Assembly (NCBI GenBank): GCA_964016885.1
Contig: OZ024741.1
Span: 114,204,001-114,268,000 of the forward strand
Direction of reading: 5' to 3'
Length of the DNA: 64,000 nucleotides
Source of the DNA: Eledone cirrhosa
Taxonomy: Eukaryota
How positions within the stretch are numbered: position 1 is the stretch's first letter; each line of letters starts with the position of its first letter. The notes below the pieces were generated by a model. It was not told the DNA's origin, ran no database searches, and saw only the letters and a program-made list of their open reading frames with translations. Both the position numbers and the translations under genes were made by a program. This document shows positions 51,425 through 64,000 of this stretch, piece by piece.

Positions 51425-51645
51425 CTCTTTAGCATTTACATTACTCTATATTTACTATTATATTTTCACAGTAAAGACTTTACCTCACATAATTATCTCA
51501 CATAATATCGAATCTATTAGATTTTGTTATTATTTATTATGAGAACGATACCCTAACATCAGTATGAGTGGCCAGTTACAGCTGGTTTGAACAGAAAGAG
51601 TTGAGAGAATTCTGGACAGATACAGCCGATTTAAATGCTAAAGGG
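51425..51645. mobile_element. TTAA-flanked MITE
   Basis: TTAA-C.CTTTAGCATTTA ... TAAATGCTAAAGGG-TTAA. Confidence 0.65.
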
Positions 51646-51704
51646 TTAAACTGCTTAAAACTGCCCCTAGATCTATGATACTACGCTGTTTGTTTTAAAG
51701 TATT

Positions 51705-52295
51705 CATCATCTTCATCATCATTTTACATCCGCTTTTCCCTGCTTGCAAGGGTGGGACAGGTCCTATTCAACACAGCATCTCTCCACTTGTCATGGTCCT
51801 TTGTCTTCTCCACCGTGAGCTTCAGCTATCTGAGGTCCGCTCTCACCAGCTTCGCCCATGTTTTTTGTGGTCTTCCTCTACTACGTCTTCCTTCAACTGG
51901 CATTTCTTGGCACTTCTTCACCCATCGGTCATCCTCCATATGCATCACATGTCCATACCATCGCAGTCTCCTCTCTCGCACACAACAATTTATCCCTCTC
52001 AGACACAGTTTCTCTCTCAATACATCCATACTCGGCCGTTCACGCACATTGACATTGCACATCCAAAGGAGCATGCTTGCTTCATTTCTCTCCAGCCGTC
52101 GCATATTCTCTGTAGTTGCTGCCTATGTCTCACTACCATGCAGCATCGCGCATCTCACACAGGCATCATATAACCGGCCTTTCGTATGCAGGGAGAAACG
52201 CTTCTTCGTCAGCAGAGGAAGCAGCTCCCTAAACTTCTTCCAACCCGTCCTTATTCTAGATACTATGACCTCGGAACACCCACCTCCCATGCTAA
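51705..52295 (-). mobile_element. 3' fragment of RTE LINE (family C)
   Basis: SRIRTGWKKFRELLPLL, ERNEASMLLWMC, LRWYGHV, RGRPQKTW; short 3' UTR with (GAT)n; related piece at 52485-52708. Confidence 0.85.
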
Positions 52296-52828
52296 TATTT
52301 TATGTAAGAATCCCTTATTAAGTTATGTTCCAAACACCAACTCAATAATGACAAAGTTAATTATATTACTAAATCCCTCCAAATTCTTGATCATCTTCAC
52401 AATGATCTGAAAATTATAGACAGTGTCTTTCATTAGAAATATGGTAATGAAAGAGTTAAACATAGCAGTGTCTTTCATTAGAAATCATCATCATCATCAT
52501 TGATTTTACATCCATTTTTCTACACTTGCATAGGTTGGACAGGTCCCTTTCAGCCCATCCACTCACCGCGTTTCTTTGTCACAATTAGTTAGTTTCAGCA
52601 ATTTGAGATCAGTTCTCACCAGCTCTGCCCAGGCCTTCCTTGGTCTACCTCTACTGCAGCTTCCTTCCACTGGGATATCCTGGAACTTCTTCACCCAATG
52701 ATCATTGTAACTTGACAGTGAAATATGGTAATGAAATGGTAAAACAAAAAATTGCTATGTTAGGTTAGTTGAGATTTGAACACCAGAACTGCTTGCATTG
52801 AGTTAATTATTAGTCTGGCAATTTTCAG

Positions 52829-52956
52829 AATCTGCTGAAAGTTATCTCAGGGAATGTTTATCAAACAGTAAAACTGTTCATGGAGAGAACCACCTTAAAA
52901 CATTGACTGTCGAAGATGAACTAGTTAGAGTTTTACTGAAGACAAATCGTCACAAG
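52829..52956 (+). CDS. TTC23: Internal exon of TTC23-like gene (SAESYLRECLSNSKTVHGENHLKTLTVEDELVRVLLKTNRHK)
   Basis: attttcag acceptor, GTTAGT donor, 128 nt (2+126); TPR-like motif HGxxHxxTLxVxDEL. Confidence 0.9.
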
Positions 52957-53271
52957 GTTAGTAAAATTCTTTTACTCTTTTATTGGTTTCAGCTGTTAAA
53001 CTGTGGTCATGCTAGGACAGTGCCTTTAAAGGATTTAATCAGCTCTACTATTCATTTTTTAACTCTGATATTTATTTTATCGATCACTTTTTTGTTTTTT
53101 TAAATTGCTAAGTTACAAGATATAAACACACATACACAGATGCGTACACACAGACATGCAGCAAACACACACACATACACACATGAAAGCACTTAGACAC
53201 AGGCATGCATACATACACACATATGCATATGCATACACACATGCATGTATACACATATGCATACACACACA

Positions 53272-53510
53272 CTATAGTAGTAGACACTTGGCCAAGGTGC
53301 CATGCAGTGGGAATGAATTCAAAATCACATAGCTGCAAAGTAAATGCTTTAACCATACAGCTATAGCTGCAAAGTAAGTGCTTTAACCACACAGCTATAG
53401 CTGCAAAGTAAATGCTTTAACCACATAGCTATAGCTGCAAAGTAAGTGCTTTAACCACATAGCTATAGCTGCACAGTAAGTGCTTTAACCACACAGCCAT
53501 GCCTGCACCT
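53272..53510 (-). mobile_element. CORE-like tRNA SINE with its head amplified into five 34-bp tandem repeats
   Basis: Period 34 starting at 53331, 53365, 53399, 53433, 53467; ccttggccaagtgtct core on the minus strand. Confidence 0.7.
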
Positions 53511-53603
53511 ATATCCACTGATCTCAACACTAAAATTTAACTATATCACCAGACTTTCCTTTGTTTGTTTAACAATTGATTTCTAAAAACAATTATTTTA
53601 CAG

Positions 53604-53753
53604 CAAGCTCTCCAGATGCTTCAGTCAGGAACCAACAGAAAATGTGCTCTATATGGTTACTACTCAGAGGAAATTAGTAACACACACAGTCTTATTGCTT
53701 CTGTTCATCTGGCTGATGGCAATATTATTAAAGCTTTGAAATCTCATCAACAG
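53604..53753 (+). CDS. TTC23: Internal exon of TTC23-like gene (QALQMLQSGTNRKCALYGYYSEEISNTHSLIASVHLADGNIIKALKSHQQ)
   Basis: ttttacag acceptor, GT donor at 53754, 150 nt phase 0/0; TPR-like YGxxSEE..GNxxKAL pattern. Confidence 0.9.
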
Positions 53754-53994
53754 GTACAATGATTGATTAACTTTTATAATGAGAGAATTACTTTCTGTTA
53801 AAATTTCAATATAAATATAGTCATTATTTTTGTTGTTGTAAAAGGTGAAATATTTGTTGTTGTTGTTATCATTATTATCATGGTCATGATCAGTGTTATT
53901 AAGGCAGCTGAAAAAAGGAGAGGTAGCTTATCCATTAAGAATAGTCACTGAGATACTTAAAACATAAAAAAAAGAATATTCTACTAGACACAAT

Positions 53995-54272
53995 GGAGCT
54001 ACGTGGTCTAGTGGTAAGGGTGTTGGACTTATGATTATAATGTTGTGCATTTGATTCCTGGGCTGGGTTGTGTGTCGTGTTCTTAAGCAAAACACTTCAT
54101 TTCACATTGCTCCAGTATACTCAGCTGAGTACCAGCAATAGCTGGGGTTTTAACCCTGTGATGGACTGACATCCTGTTCAGGGGTGGGGGGAGTCTTGTA
54201 TTCTCAGTCGCTTCAAGCCATGAAACCAGGATAAGCACCATCCTAATGAGCCTTCTGGTTTAAGACAGACTT
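53995..54272 (+). mobile_element. Older tRNA SINE sharing the family 1 central block with a different tail
   Basis: A box TGGTCTAGTGG and gtgttcttaagcaaaacacttcatttcacattgctccag block. Confidence 0.7.
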
Positions 54273-56722
54273 TAAATAGATTTAGACTAGACACAGACAT
54301 GGCTAAGTGGTTAAGGAGTTAGTTCACTGAGAAACCATGTGATTTCAGGTTCAGTCCCACTACATGGTTCCTTGGGTAAGTGTTTTCTACTATAGCCTCA
54401 GGTTGACCAATAACATGTGAGTGAAATTTGGTAAGAGGAAACTGAAACACAATGTGGATGTAAATACTAAATAAAACATTTTTTCTCTTTCAAAAATGAA
54501 ATTAACATCTTTGATACCAAACTGCCTGAAAATAGCTCTGTTTCTATGATACAAAACTGTTTATTTTTAAGTTTTTGATGTTTATTAAAACAATCCATCA
54601 TAATTTTATGTAAAAAAATTTAAGTCATGCCCCAAATACCAGATAAATAAGGAGAAAGTTAGTATACTACAAAATCTCTTCAAATTCTTGATTATTTAAA
54701 AAACTATTTGAAAATAATAAGTAGTGTCTTTCATGAGAAATATGGTAACAAAAGGGTTAAATATCTACACTTCATGGTACATGGCAATGGCCTGATCACA
54801 ATTCTGGACATGCCTGTACAGGCTGACAAGTAGATCAAGGCAAATATGCCAGATATAATCATCCCAGACATGCATGGATATCTTTATGTGCTAGACACCC
54901 ACCAGGTAAATGATATTAAAGTTGGTTATATTACATCAAGTTATTGATTATTTTCAAAACTATTTGAAAATCATAGGCAGTATCTTTCTTTAGAAATTTG
55001 GTAATTACAGATTTAATAATTAAAAGATGCATTAGTTTTTTTCAATAACTTATTTCAGAGATGAGGAAATTTGATTAATATTACATTCTATAAATCCAAA
55101 GGATGGATGTACAGCTGAAAGAATCTTGTGAATGGAATCAAAATATTGTCATCACATAACGGAAGATAATAGTCAGTATTTATGATAGATAAATAGCTGC
55201 AGATAAACAACAACAACAACAATAATAATAATTATTATTTCTACATTTGGCACAAGGCCAGCAATTACCCAGTACAGTACTGGTACTTTATTTTATCGAC
55301 CCCGTAAGGATGAAAGGCAAAGTTAACCTCGGCGGGATTTGAACTCAGATCGTAAAGGGACGTAACTATGCTGGAAAGCATGTCCGACCCTCCACGCAAT
55401 AATAATAAATGAGGTGTTTGAACTATTCAGAAATTTTTAGGAAATATATCTTGTGAAAGAAAGGTGAGAAGGGGAAAAAATGATTTTTTTCAGATGATGT
55501 GAAAATAAAAAAAAAATATCTCATAAGACAAAAGCTATTTAAAAAAAGAAAATAGTGTGATATTGTACTGAAAGATTGAACCCAAATAACTCATAGCTGG
55601 GTGCAGGTATGGCTGTGTGGTTAAGGCGTTTGCTTTGTAATGATGTAGCTACTTGGGCAAGTGTCAATTAAACCAATGCCTTGTAAGTGAAATTTTGTAT
55701 ATAATACTGTAGAAGGCCTTTATATACATATATGTGTGTGTGATAAAAAGCATCCAGTCCACTCTATAAGGTGATAGTGCTGGTGCTGCAAATAAAAGCT
55801 CCTAGTCCACCATGTAAGGTTGTATTGCTGGTGTCACAATAAAATGCTCCCAGTACATGCTCTAGTTGGCATAAGGGCATCCAGCCATAGAAACAATATC
55901 AAAATTCAAGTGTACAAACTGGATGTAGTCATCATACCAGTTTGTTTTTTGTGGCATCAGAACTAACACTTTACAGCATTAACTAGATTAGTGTTGGTAT
56001 TTTTTATGATACCTGCTCTACCACTTTACAAAGTGGACTGGGTGCTTTTTATCATGGGGCTAGTGTGACCACTTTACATTGTAGACTGGGTGTTTTCTTG
56101 TCATAGCACCTGCATGACTACCTTACAAGAGTATACTGAATATTTTTTGCCATGGCACGAAACCTTCCATCATAATTCTATCTAAAATCATTTGTTAAGT
56201 TATGCTTCAAACACCAACTTAATAACAAGATCGTTATATTACTAAAACTCTCCAATTTTTTATACTATTTTCAAAATTATTTAAAAATCATTGGCAGTGT
56301 CTTTTATTAGAAATAGGATAATGAAAAGGTTAATGGATAATGAAATATAAACCAACTGCACACCCCTCCAGCATTGGTGGAACCTTGTACCAGAGTGAAA
56401 AATCAATATATGCAACTACATGTATAAAATTAAGTGGTCATATAAGATGATATATTTAGTTTTTTTAATTCTTTGATTAGAATATTTCTAATGAAAAAAA
56501 ACTGTATATTATTTTCAGTTTATTTTTAATAATAATCAAGAATTTTGAGAGATTAAGTAACATAACTAACTTTCTTGGTATTTATCAGGTGATTGGAACA
56601 TAACTTAAAAGTTGTTACATAAAACTATGATGGATAGAACAGTTTCAGATGGTTTGGTATCTGAAGTGTTATATGTAACAGTTTCATTATATTTACTTAG
56701 TTTTTTTTCCCTCTAATTTCAG

Positions 56723-56805
56723 TGTTTTGAGATCCAGAACTTTCTATGGGGTCCCAAACACAGGAAAACCATTAATACAAAGAATACTATTGAAATTCTA
56801 AAAGT
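56723..56805 (+). CDS. TTC23: Internal exon of TTC23-like gene (CFEIQNFLWGPKHRKTINTKNTIEILK+GT)
   Basis: Polypyrimidine tract + tttcag acceptor, GTGAGT donor at 56806; continues the frame; GxxHRKT motif. Terminal exon not identified. Confidence 0.85.
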
Positions 56806-58343
56806 GTGAGTTATTTATTTCCATTTTCCTCATTTCTGTTTGTCATGTATCACAGTTTTTAGAACAGGTATACCATATCCCTACATGTTGTAAGAGGCAA
56901 CTGAAAGGGTTGGTGTAGAATATTGTCTCAAACCATCATGTCTGTATGTTCTGTAACATAGTATTTCAACAAAAATAGATTGATAAGATAAGTCTCAGAT
57001 TTGAAAACAATAAGTTCTGAGGTTGATATTATTGACTGAGGAAGTGTTATAGCAAGGTAGCAGTGTAATGGCTGAAACATGTTAAAGAATAAAAAGAATA
57101 GAAAATCAAAGCCTGCTGAAAATATGTTAGAATATTTATATATTTTTTTGCAAGCAGGGAAAAGTGGACGTAAAATGATGATGATGATGATTTACAATAC
57201 AAAGACACTAAATAATAGTTATTATTTCTTTATTTCATCATAATTACAATGCTAAAACATTATGAACTAAAGATCAATGCTTATATAATTTTGTTATTTA
57301 CTTATTCATTATATTTATTTATTATTTTTTTTTTTGCAAAAGAAATGTCTTTTCTTCAAATTGAACCAATTATGATTAAAGTTTCTCCTGTATCTCATAG
57401 AAATCATTGGAAATATTTTCTAAGTGATTGATGTCTATCTTGTTTAAGTTTTGAGTAAAAATATTTAAATTCTACAGGAATTCTAAATGGTAATTTCAGT
57501 TGTGGACTTGATAACATCTGTTCTAAGGTAGAATGGACAACAAACAAAGTAATTCTACAATAATAAAATTAGAGTTAGCAAAACAAACAAAAAGAGACCA
57601 TGGTGCTCCAGCATGGCAAAGTAGATGAAAGTACAGAAATATATGTACATGTATAGATGAAGGCATGGCTATGTGGTTATGGGGTCCACTTCACGACCAT
57701 GTGATGTTGGGTTCAGTCTCAATGCTGTTGTATATTGTGAGTGAAATTTGGTAAACTGAAACTAAGTGGAAGCCTGCTACACACACACACATAAATATAT
57801 GAATATTTACATCATCATCATCATCATCATTAATGTCCATTTTTCTGTGCTAGCATGGGTTAGGCGAGTTATCCTGTTGTGAGCAATGCCAGGTCAGGTG
57901 ACCATATCTTGCTCATATAGAACTTATGCTGGCTTGGTTTCTACAGCTGGATGCCCTTCCTAGTGCAACACACACTCACACACACAGTCACACACACGCA
58001 CACACACACACACACACATGGATATATGTATATGTATCATCATCATTATCATTTAATGTCTGTTTTGCCTTTTAGCAAGTCAGTACTTAATGAGAGCCAC
58101 TGGTCTCTCAGCTGGGCCAGAAGCCAATTTCACAAACGTTCAAGCACTCTACACAAAAACATTTAATATTTATATAAAGAATGATGTGCTCATGCACAGA
58201 GATGCTATAAAATGGCTTATAAAAGAGAGTGTATACCTTTAAAAACGAATATGAAAAAAGAAGTTGTTATTGGCTACTATGATTTCCTAACAATAGGAGA
58301 TCATCAAAAAAGTTATAAAAGAAGCCAATAATCAAAACAGAAA

Positions 58344-58533
58344 AATAATTGTTTCTACTTTAGGCACAAGGCCAGCAATTACCCAGTGCATTACTGGTAC
58401 TTTATTTTATCGACCCCGTAAGGATGAAAGGCAAAGTCAACCTCGGCGGGATTTGAACTCAGATCGTAAAGGGACGTAACTATGCTGGAAAGCATGGCGT
58501 CCGACCCTCTACTGATACTGCCAATCCACCCCG
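58344..58533 (-). mobile_element. SINE family 2, young copy
   Basis: Full head-core-tail; flanking duplication aatcaaaacaga..aaaataat. Confidence 0.9.
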
Positions 58534-58600
58534 CAATCAAAACAGACAAAACAGAAAAATAATAATCAATAAACAATTATTAATTATTATTAATTACAAA

Positions 58601-58790
58601 GGGCGGTGGATTGGCAGTATCGGTAGAGAGTCGGACGCCATGCTTTCCAGCATAGTTACGTCCCTTTACGATCTGAGTTCAAATCCCGCCGAGGTTGACT
58701 TTGCCTTTCATCCTTACAGGGTCGATAAAATAAAGTACCAGTAATGCACTGGGTAATTGCTGGCCTTGTGCCTAAAGTAGAAACAATTAT
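58601..58790 (+). mobile_element. SINE family 2, young copy
   Basis: TSD ATTATTAATTACAAA at 58586-58600 and 58786-58800. Confidence 0.9.
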
Positions 58791-58984
58791 TAATTACAAA
58801 TGATTAATTAACAATCATTAATAATTATTAAATACTAATCACTAATATGTTGATAAATATCATTTTAATGAAAATATAGAGAAAGGAATTATATATAACT
58901 GTAGAGAATAGATACATTTATGTATTTACATTACTGGTCCTTTATTTTATGTATTTACATTAATAGCATTTATAACCAAGATCT

Positions 58985-59195
58985 ATCGGTTAACTACCTT
59001 TTCGAGACTGTGGTGTTCGAGATGTTTGGGTAAGTCGGGCTACTGACTGCGAGATTCCTATCTTCACTGGCGACTTGCCTAACTGAGGTAACTGGTGATG
59101 CTCTTGAAGGCACTTGACTGTTCCAGCACATCAGCCTCGCCATCACCCGAGGTAACGCTGCAAACGTGCTGGGTTGCTTTAAAAGTTATTAGAGA
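58985..59195 (+). pseudogene. 3' end of a CRE-clade LINE (RLE C-terminus)
   Basis: YLFETVVFEMFG*..LFQHISLAITRGNAANVLG matches the CRE-type QRISLAIQRGNA motif. Confidence 0.7.
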
Positions 59196-59756
59196 GGTTT
59201 TCCAGTGCTCCCCATGATATCGTTGTCTTTTGTTCTGGTAGCAGTTCGTTTGTCCACCCCTTTCACCTGTTTTTTGTTGTAAGTAGTTCTAGATGTATGT
59301 ATTACCTCATTGTGTATATTTCTTTTCCTTTCCTTTTTCTTTCTTTTTTCTCTTTTTATTTGTAGTATTATGATTATGGTTATATTGACAAATAAATTTC
59401 TATATTTTAGATATTAAACATACAAAATCAAATATAATTTATAGAAAGGTTATGATTATCAATTTAGATAATATTATGTATACAATAGTGTGTTAATTAA
59501 AAAAGGGGGGAATTATTTATATCAAAGTTGAGTAAATATATTAATACATAAATGTTAAGCATGTTCAAATTTAAAAAATGGCAGGTGGTCGGGAGGGAAT
59601 AAAGTCTACATTAAAAGAGTATGGACATACAGAGAAAGTAAATAAACTTTTAATGTAGGAGATACTAAAACTATTAATTTTGCAGTTCAAAATCAATTAT
59701 GAATTCTAAAAAAAATAATAGTTATAATGTTATAAAATCAGGTATATATATATATT

Positions 59757-60160
59757 GATATGGCTTAAAAGAGGCTTGTTTGCATAATTGCAAACAAATC
59801 GAATATCATCATTAATATTCGATTTATTGTATTCAGCCATGTAAAGCGATAACTTTTTGTTAGTTATTTGAATATGGCAAAGCCGGCCATTAATCGCTCA
59901 TATACATGAAACTGACTGGCCTATCTGCTGATATGCAAATCTGGCTGATCAGTCGCTGTATATTTTAGAAAATATCATATATTTTCACTAGTTCTCATAG
60001 TTGGCAGGTGAACAGTGAACTGCACTGATGAAGGGTAATCACCCAGAAACATTAGTGTTTGCAGTTCTGTTTTCATGCTAACACAAGAGCAAAACTGACA
60101 TGGCTTAAAAGAGGCTTGTTTGCATAATTGCAAATGAATCGAATATTATTATTAATATTC
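59757..60160 (+). mobile_element. ORF-less hammerhead-bearing element, 340-bp unit with ~60-bp terminal redundancy
   Basis: 59761-59820 is repeated at 60101-60160. Confidence 0.8.
60017..60067 (+). ncRNA. Type-I hammerhead ribozyme
   Basis: gaactgca-CTGATGA-a-gggt(aatc)accc-a-GAAA-ca(ttag)tgt-T-tgcagttc: perfect 8-bp stem I, 4-bp stem II, 3-bp stem III; predicted GUU cleavage after 60059. Confidence 0.88.
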
Positions 60161-60205
60161 AAAAAACTCAGATTACATTAATTATATATATATATAATAA
60201 ATGTA

Positions 60206-62490
60206 CATTACATAGAGACCAAGAGGGAAGCTAGGCGACAAGTATACTTAGCTAGGAGGGAAGCAGAGGATAGAAAATTCAAGCATAATTTGCAACGTGA
60301 GGACCAGAAATAGGAGGTGTTCAAGATTGCGAGGCAGTGTGGCAGAGAGAGTTGTGATGTCATTGGAGAGAAGTGTATCCGGAATGATAAAGGTGAGCTT
60401 GCCCTCACAAGTGCTGAGAAGAAAGATGCATGGAAGAGTCATTATGATAGATTACTAAATGAGGAGAATGCATGGGAAGAAGAGACCCTACCCCAAGTAG
60501 ACCCTATAGAGGGGCCAGCAGTACAAGTCAGCAGCAGCGTAGTAAGTAAGGCAATCAAAGATATGAAGATGGGGAAGGCAACCGGTCCATCGGGTATAGC
60601 TGCTGAGATGCTGAAGGCATCTGGGTCTGTAGGTCACACTATAACCACACGTATTGTTAACCAGGTAATACTAGAAGGTGTCATACCAAAAGATTGGTGC
60701 AGTAGCATCATTGTCAACTGCTACAAAGGTAAAGGTGATGCACTCGATAGAGGAAACTATAGAGGTATAAAGCTGATGGACCAGGTCATGAAAGTAACAG
60801 AAAGAGTTATAGCACAGTTGATTAGGGACCGGGTGAAACTAGATGAGATGTAATTTGGGTTTGTACCAGGAAGAGGCACCACTGATGCCCTCTTCCTTGT
60901 GAGGCAGTTACAGGAAAAGTACCTAGCTAAAAGTAAGCCACTCTACCTGGCATTCGTCGATCTCGAGAAAGCCTTTGACAGAGTTCCACCTGCTGTAATC
61001 TGGTGGGCTCTTAGAAAACTAGGAGTAGATGAATGGCTTGTGAAAGCTGTACAAGTCATGTATAGGGGAGCAGTCAGCAAAGTTAGGATTAGCAATGAGT
61101 ATAGCGAGGAATTTAGCGTACAGGTTGGTGTCCACCAGGGCTCTGTTCTTAGCCCTCTCCTGTTCATCATAGTCCTGCAGGTAATAACGGAGGAGTTTAA
61201 GACCGGATGCCCATGGGAACTCCTGTACGCTGATGACCTCGCACTTATAGCTGAATCTATGGTAGAACTAGAGAAGAAATTCCAAACTTGGAAGCAGGGA
61301 CTAGAAAGAAAGGGTCTCAAAGTCAACATGACAAAGACTAAGGTCCTTGTAAGTAGACGAGAAAACAGAACCCAGATCCCCTCAGGAAATGGCCTTGCTC
61401 AGTATGTAGGAAAGGTGTAGGTAGGAACTCGATTTTTGCTCCAAATGCAATCAATGGGTACACAAGAGATGTAGCGGGTCTCAGGAAGCTTAATTAAGAA
61501 TGTAGGCTTCCCATGCAGCAGCTGTACTGGGACAGCAAGCAGCAAACAGCCACAGGAAACAAGTACCACCAATCTCTGGGAGGGCTCTGTAGAGATATTA
61601 GACAGCTTCTGCTACCTAGGTGACCGAATTAGCAGCGGAGGTGGGTGTTCAGAAAGTACAATAACTAGGGTAAGAACAGGATGGAAGAAGTTCAGGGAAC
61701 TGTTACCCCTGCTAGCTGCAAAAGGCTTCTCCCTCAAAATGAAAGGCAGACTGTATGATGCGTGTATCCGAACAGCAATGTTACATGGTAGTGAGACCTA
61801 GGCGCTGAAGGTGGAAGACTTACGTAGATTAGAGAGAAATGAAGCCTGCATGCTCCGATGGATGTGTAATAGTAATATACGCGAACGACAAAGCATAAAT
61901 GAATTGAGAGAGAGACTGAGCATAAGAGGAATCAAATGCTGTGTGCAGGAATGGCGGATGCGTTGGTATGGACATGTGATGCATATGAAGGATGACAGCT
62001 GCATAAAAAGGTGCAGAGCACTAGAAGTCGATGGAAACCGCAGAGTGGGGAGACCGAAGATGACCTGGGATGAGGTGATAAAAGCCGACCTTACCCAATT
62101 ACACCTCTCAAAGGCGATGACACATGACCGTGACCTCTGGCATCACGCAGTAATACAAAGTACCCGACCTCCCATGGGTACAAGCTGAAGCATATAGACA
62201 ATATGCCCCCACACCCTCCTACTGCAAGGTGGTCGTGGAGGTGCCACGGCAAAAAAGCACCCAGCCCACACTGTAAAATGGACGTGTAGGCGCCACGAAA
62301 AGCACCCAGCACTCACTGTAAATGAGGTTGGTGTTAGGAAAGGCATCCAGCTGTAGAAATCAAGCCAAATCAGTTCCTGTATGAGCATGGCATGGTTAGC
62401 CGACCAGACACTGCCCACAACAGGACAACCCGTCTAACCCATGCTAGCGTGGAAGAACGGACGTAAAACGGTGATGATGATGATGATGAT
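60206..62490 (+). mobile_element. 5'-truncated RTE LINE (family B) with stops and frameshifts
   Basis: Reverse-complement match to 15901-18185; (GAT)n tail. Confidence 0.93.
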
Positions 62491-62505
62491 ATATATATAT
62501 ATATA

Positions 62506-64000
62506 TCATCATCATCATCATCATCAACGTTTAACGTCCGTGTTCCACGCTTGCATGGGTTTTGACGGGGGTAGTCCCACTTGAGGCAAGAGTGATTGTC
62601 TTGCTCGCATAGGACTGTCTGGCAGGTTTTCTACAGTTGGATGCCCTTCCTAACACCAACCACATTTACAGTGTGGGTCTGGGAGCTTTTTACCGTGTTG
62701 CCTACACGGCCACATTACAGCGTGGACTGTGTGTTTTTTTGTCGTGCAACCTACACGATCTCATTTGTTTCGGCCTGGATGGTGTGGCACCAACAAAACT
62801 TTACATAGAAGGGGGCGGTGTGGATGGGGTGGGGGTGGTGGTGGTGGGACGGGGGGTATTTTGTTAGAGATGCCTACTGGCTGTAGTAGGTTTTACTATG
62901 TATTTAGGTAAGGCGGGTCTTCTCTGTTACTGAGTACCGCCAAAGGTCTCGGTCCAGTGACATTGTCTTGGAGAGGTGTAAGTGTGTGAGGTCGGAGTTT
63001 ATCAGCTCGTCCCAGGTTTTTCTAGGTCTGCCTATTCCGTGGCTACCGTCTATCTTTATTGCCCTGCACTTTGTTATACAGCTATCGACTTTCATGCGCA
63101 TCACGTGTCCATACCAACGTAGCCTTCTCTCGAGTAAACAACATCTGATCCCTCTTATTTCTAATTTTTTCCTTAGTTCGTTTATGCTTTGCCGTTCACG
63201 TATATTACTGTTACACATCCAGCGGAGCATGCAAGCTTCGTTCCTCTCTAGTCTGCGTATATCCTCTGCACACAATTTCCAGGTCTCACTGCCATGCAAC
63301 ATTGCTGTTCGTATGCAGGCATCGTACAACCTGCCTTTCATTTTTAGGGAGAACCCTTTAGCAGCTAATAGTGGTATAAGCTCTCTGAACTTTTTCCAAC
63401 CAGTTCTGACTCTAGCTACTGTACTTTCAGAGCACCCTCCCCCACTGCTGATTTTATCACCCAGGTAATGGAAGCTGTCCACTATTTCTATAGAACCCTC
63501 TGCGCAATTGAAAGAGCTAGTATTTTGTGGGCACTTGCTGCTACTTATTGCACCAGAGCACTGGCCACATGTAAAATCTATGTTCTTAGTTAGCTTACCT
63601 GTGATCCCACTACATCTTTTATGCACCCATACTTTGCATTTAGGACATAAAATGGAGTTTCTACCTACGCCTTTCCTACACACCGAGCACAACCATTTCC
63701 CAGAAGGGACCGCCGCCTTATTTTCTTTCCTACAAACTAGAACTTTAGTCTTAGCCAGGTTAATTTTAAGTCCTTTTGATTCTAGGCCGTGCTTCCATGT
63801 TTGGAATTTCTTCTCTAGCTCGGCCATTGATTCCGCTATGAGTGTCAGGTCGTCTGCGTATAGGAGTTCCCATGGGCAGCCGGTCTTGAACTCCTCTGTT
63901 ATAGCCTGAAGGGCAATAATAAATAGTAGGGGGCTGAGAACAGAGCCCTGATGGACGCCAACTTTTACGCTAAACTCTTCACTATATTCGTTGTCAATTC
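62506..64000 (-). mobile_element. RTE LINE (family A), runs off the window; open RT-PHD frame
   Basis: Near-identical to 8652-10140; ORF 62904-63827. Confidence 0.95.

Noticed and set aside
57478-57493. Candidate terminal exon (tctacag G AAT TCT AAA TGG TAA)
   Set aside because: Phase-compatible but too short and without recognisable homology; needs RNA-seq.

Overview
AT-rich animal genomic DNA, inferred from its repeat families to be cephalopod (Octopus-like). It has no bacterial-type gene content. The window lies almost entirely within one + strand host gene. I found five short exons (27213-27295, 50270-50349, 52829-52956, 53604-53753, 56723-56805) that splice in frame into a TTC23-like TPR protein. 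The first exon is preceded by a perfect U12 branch site (TTCCTTAAC) and an AC acceptor, i.e. a minor-spliceosome AT-AC intron whose donor I cannot find in the window. The introns are packed with mobile DNA: RTE LINEs with a PHD finger inserted after the RT core, a GC-rich RTE, two R4/Dong LINEs, CRE and Tx1-like fragments, Penelope-like elements (PLEs), DD37D and DD34D Tc1/mariners, hAT and hATm relics, piggyBac-like MITEs and two tRNA-derived SINE families. The most striking signal missing from the ORF track is a set of about a dozen type-I hammerhead ribozyme motifs, some intact and some degenerate. Two ORF-less tandem elements (430-nt unit at 65-2015; 340-nt unit at 59757-60160) differ in sequence but share an ATGCAAAT motif, a hammerhead, an outer helix with compensatory changes and two downstream hairpins. 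They look like a retrozyme-like / non-autonomous PLE family. All structures were read by eye, and family names come from remembered motifs, not database searches.
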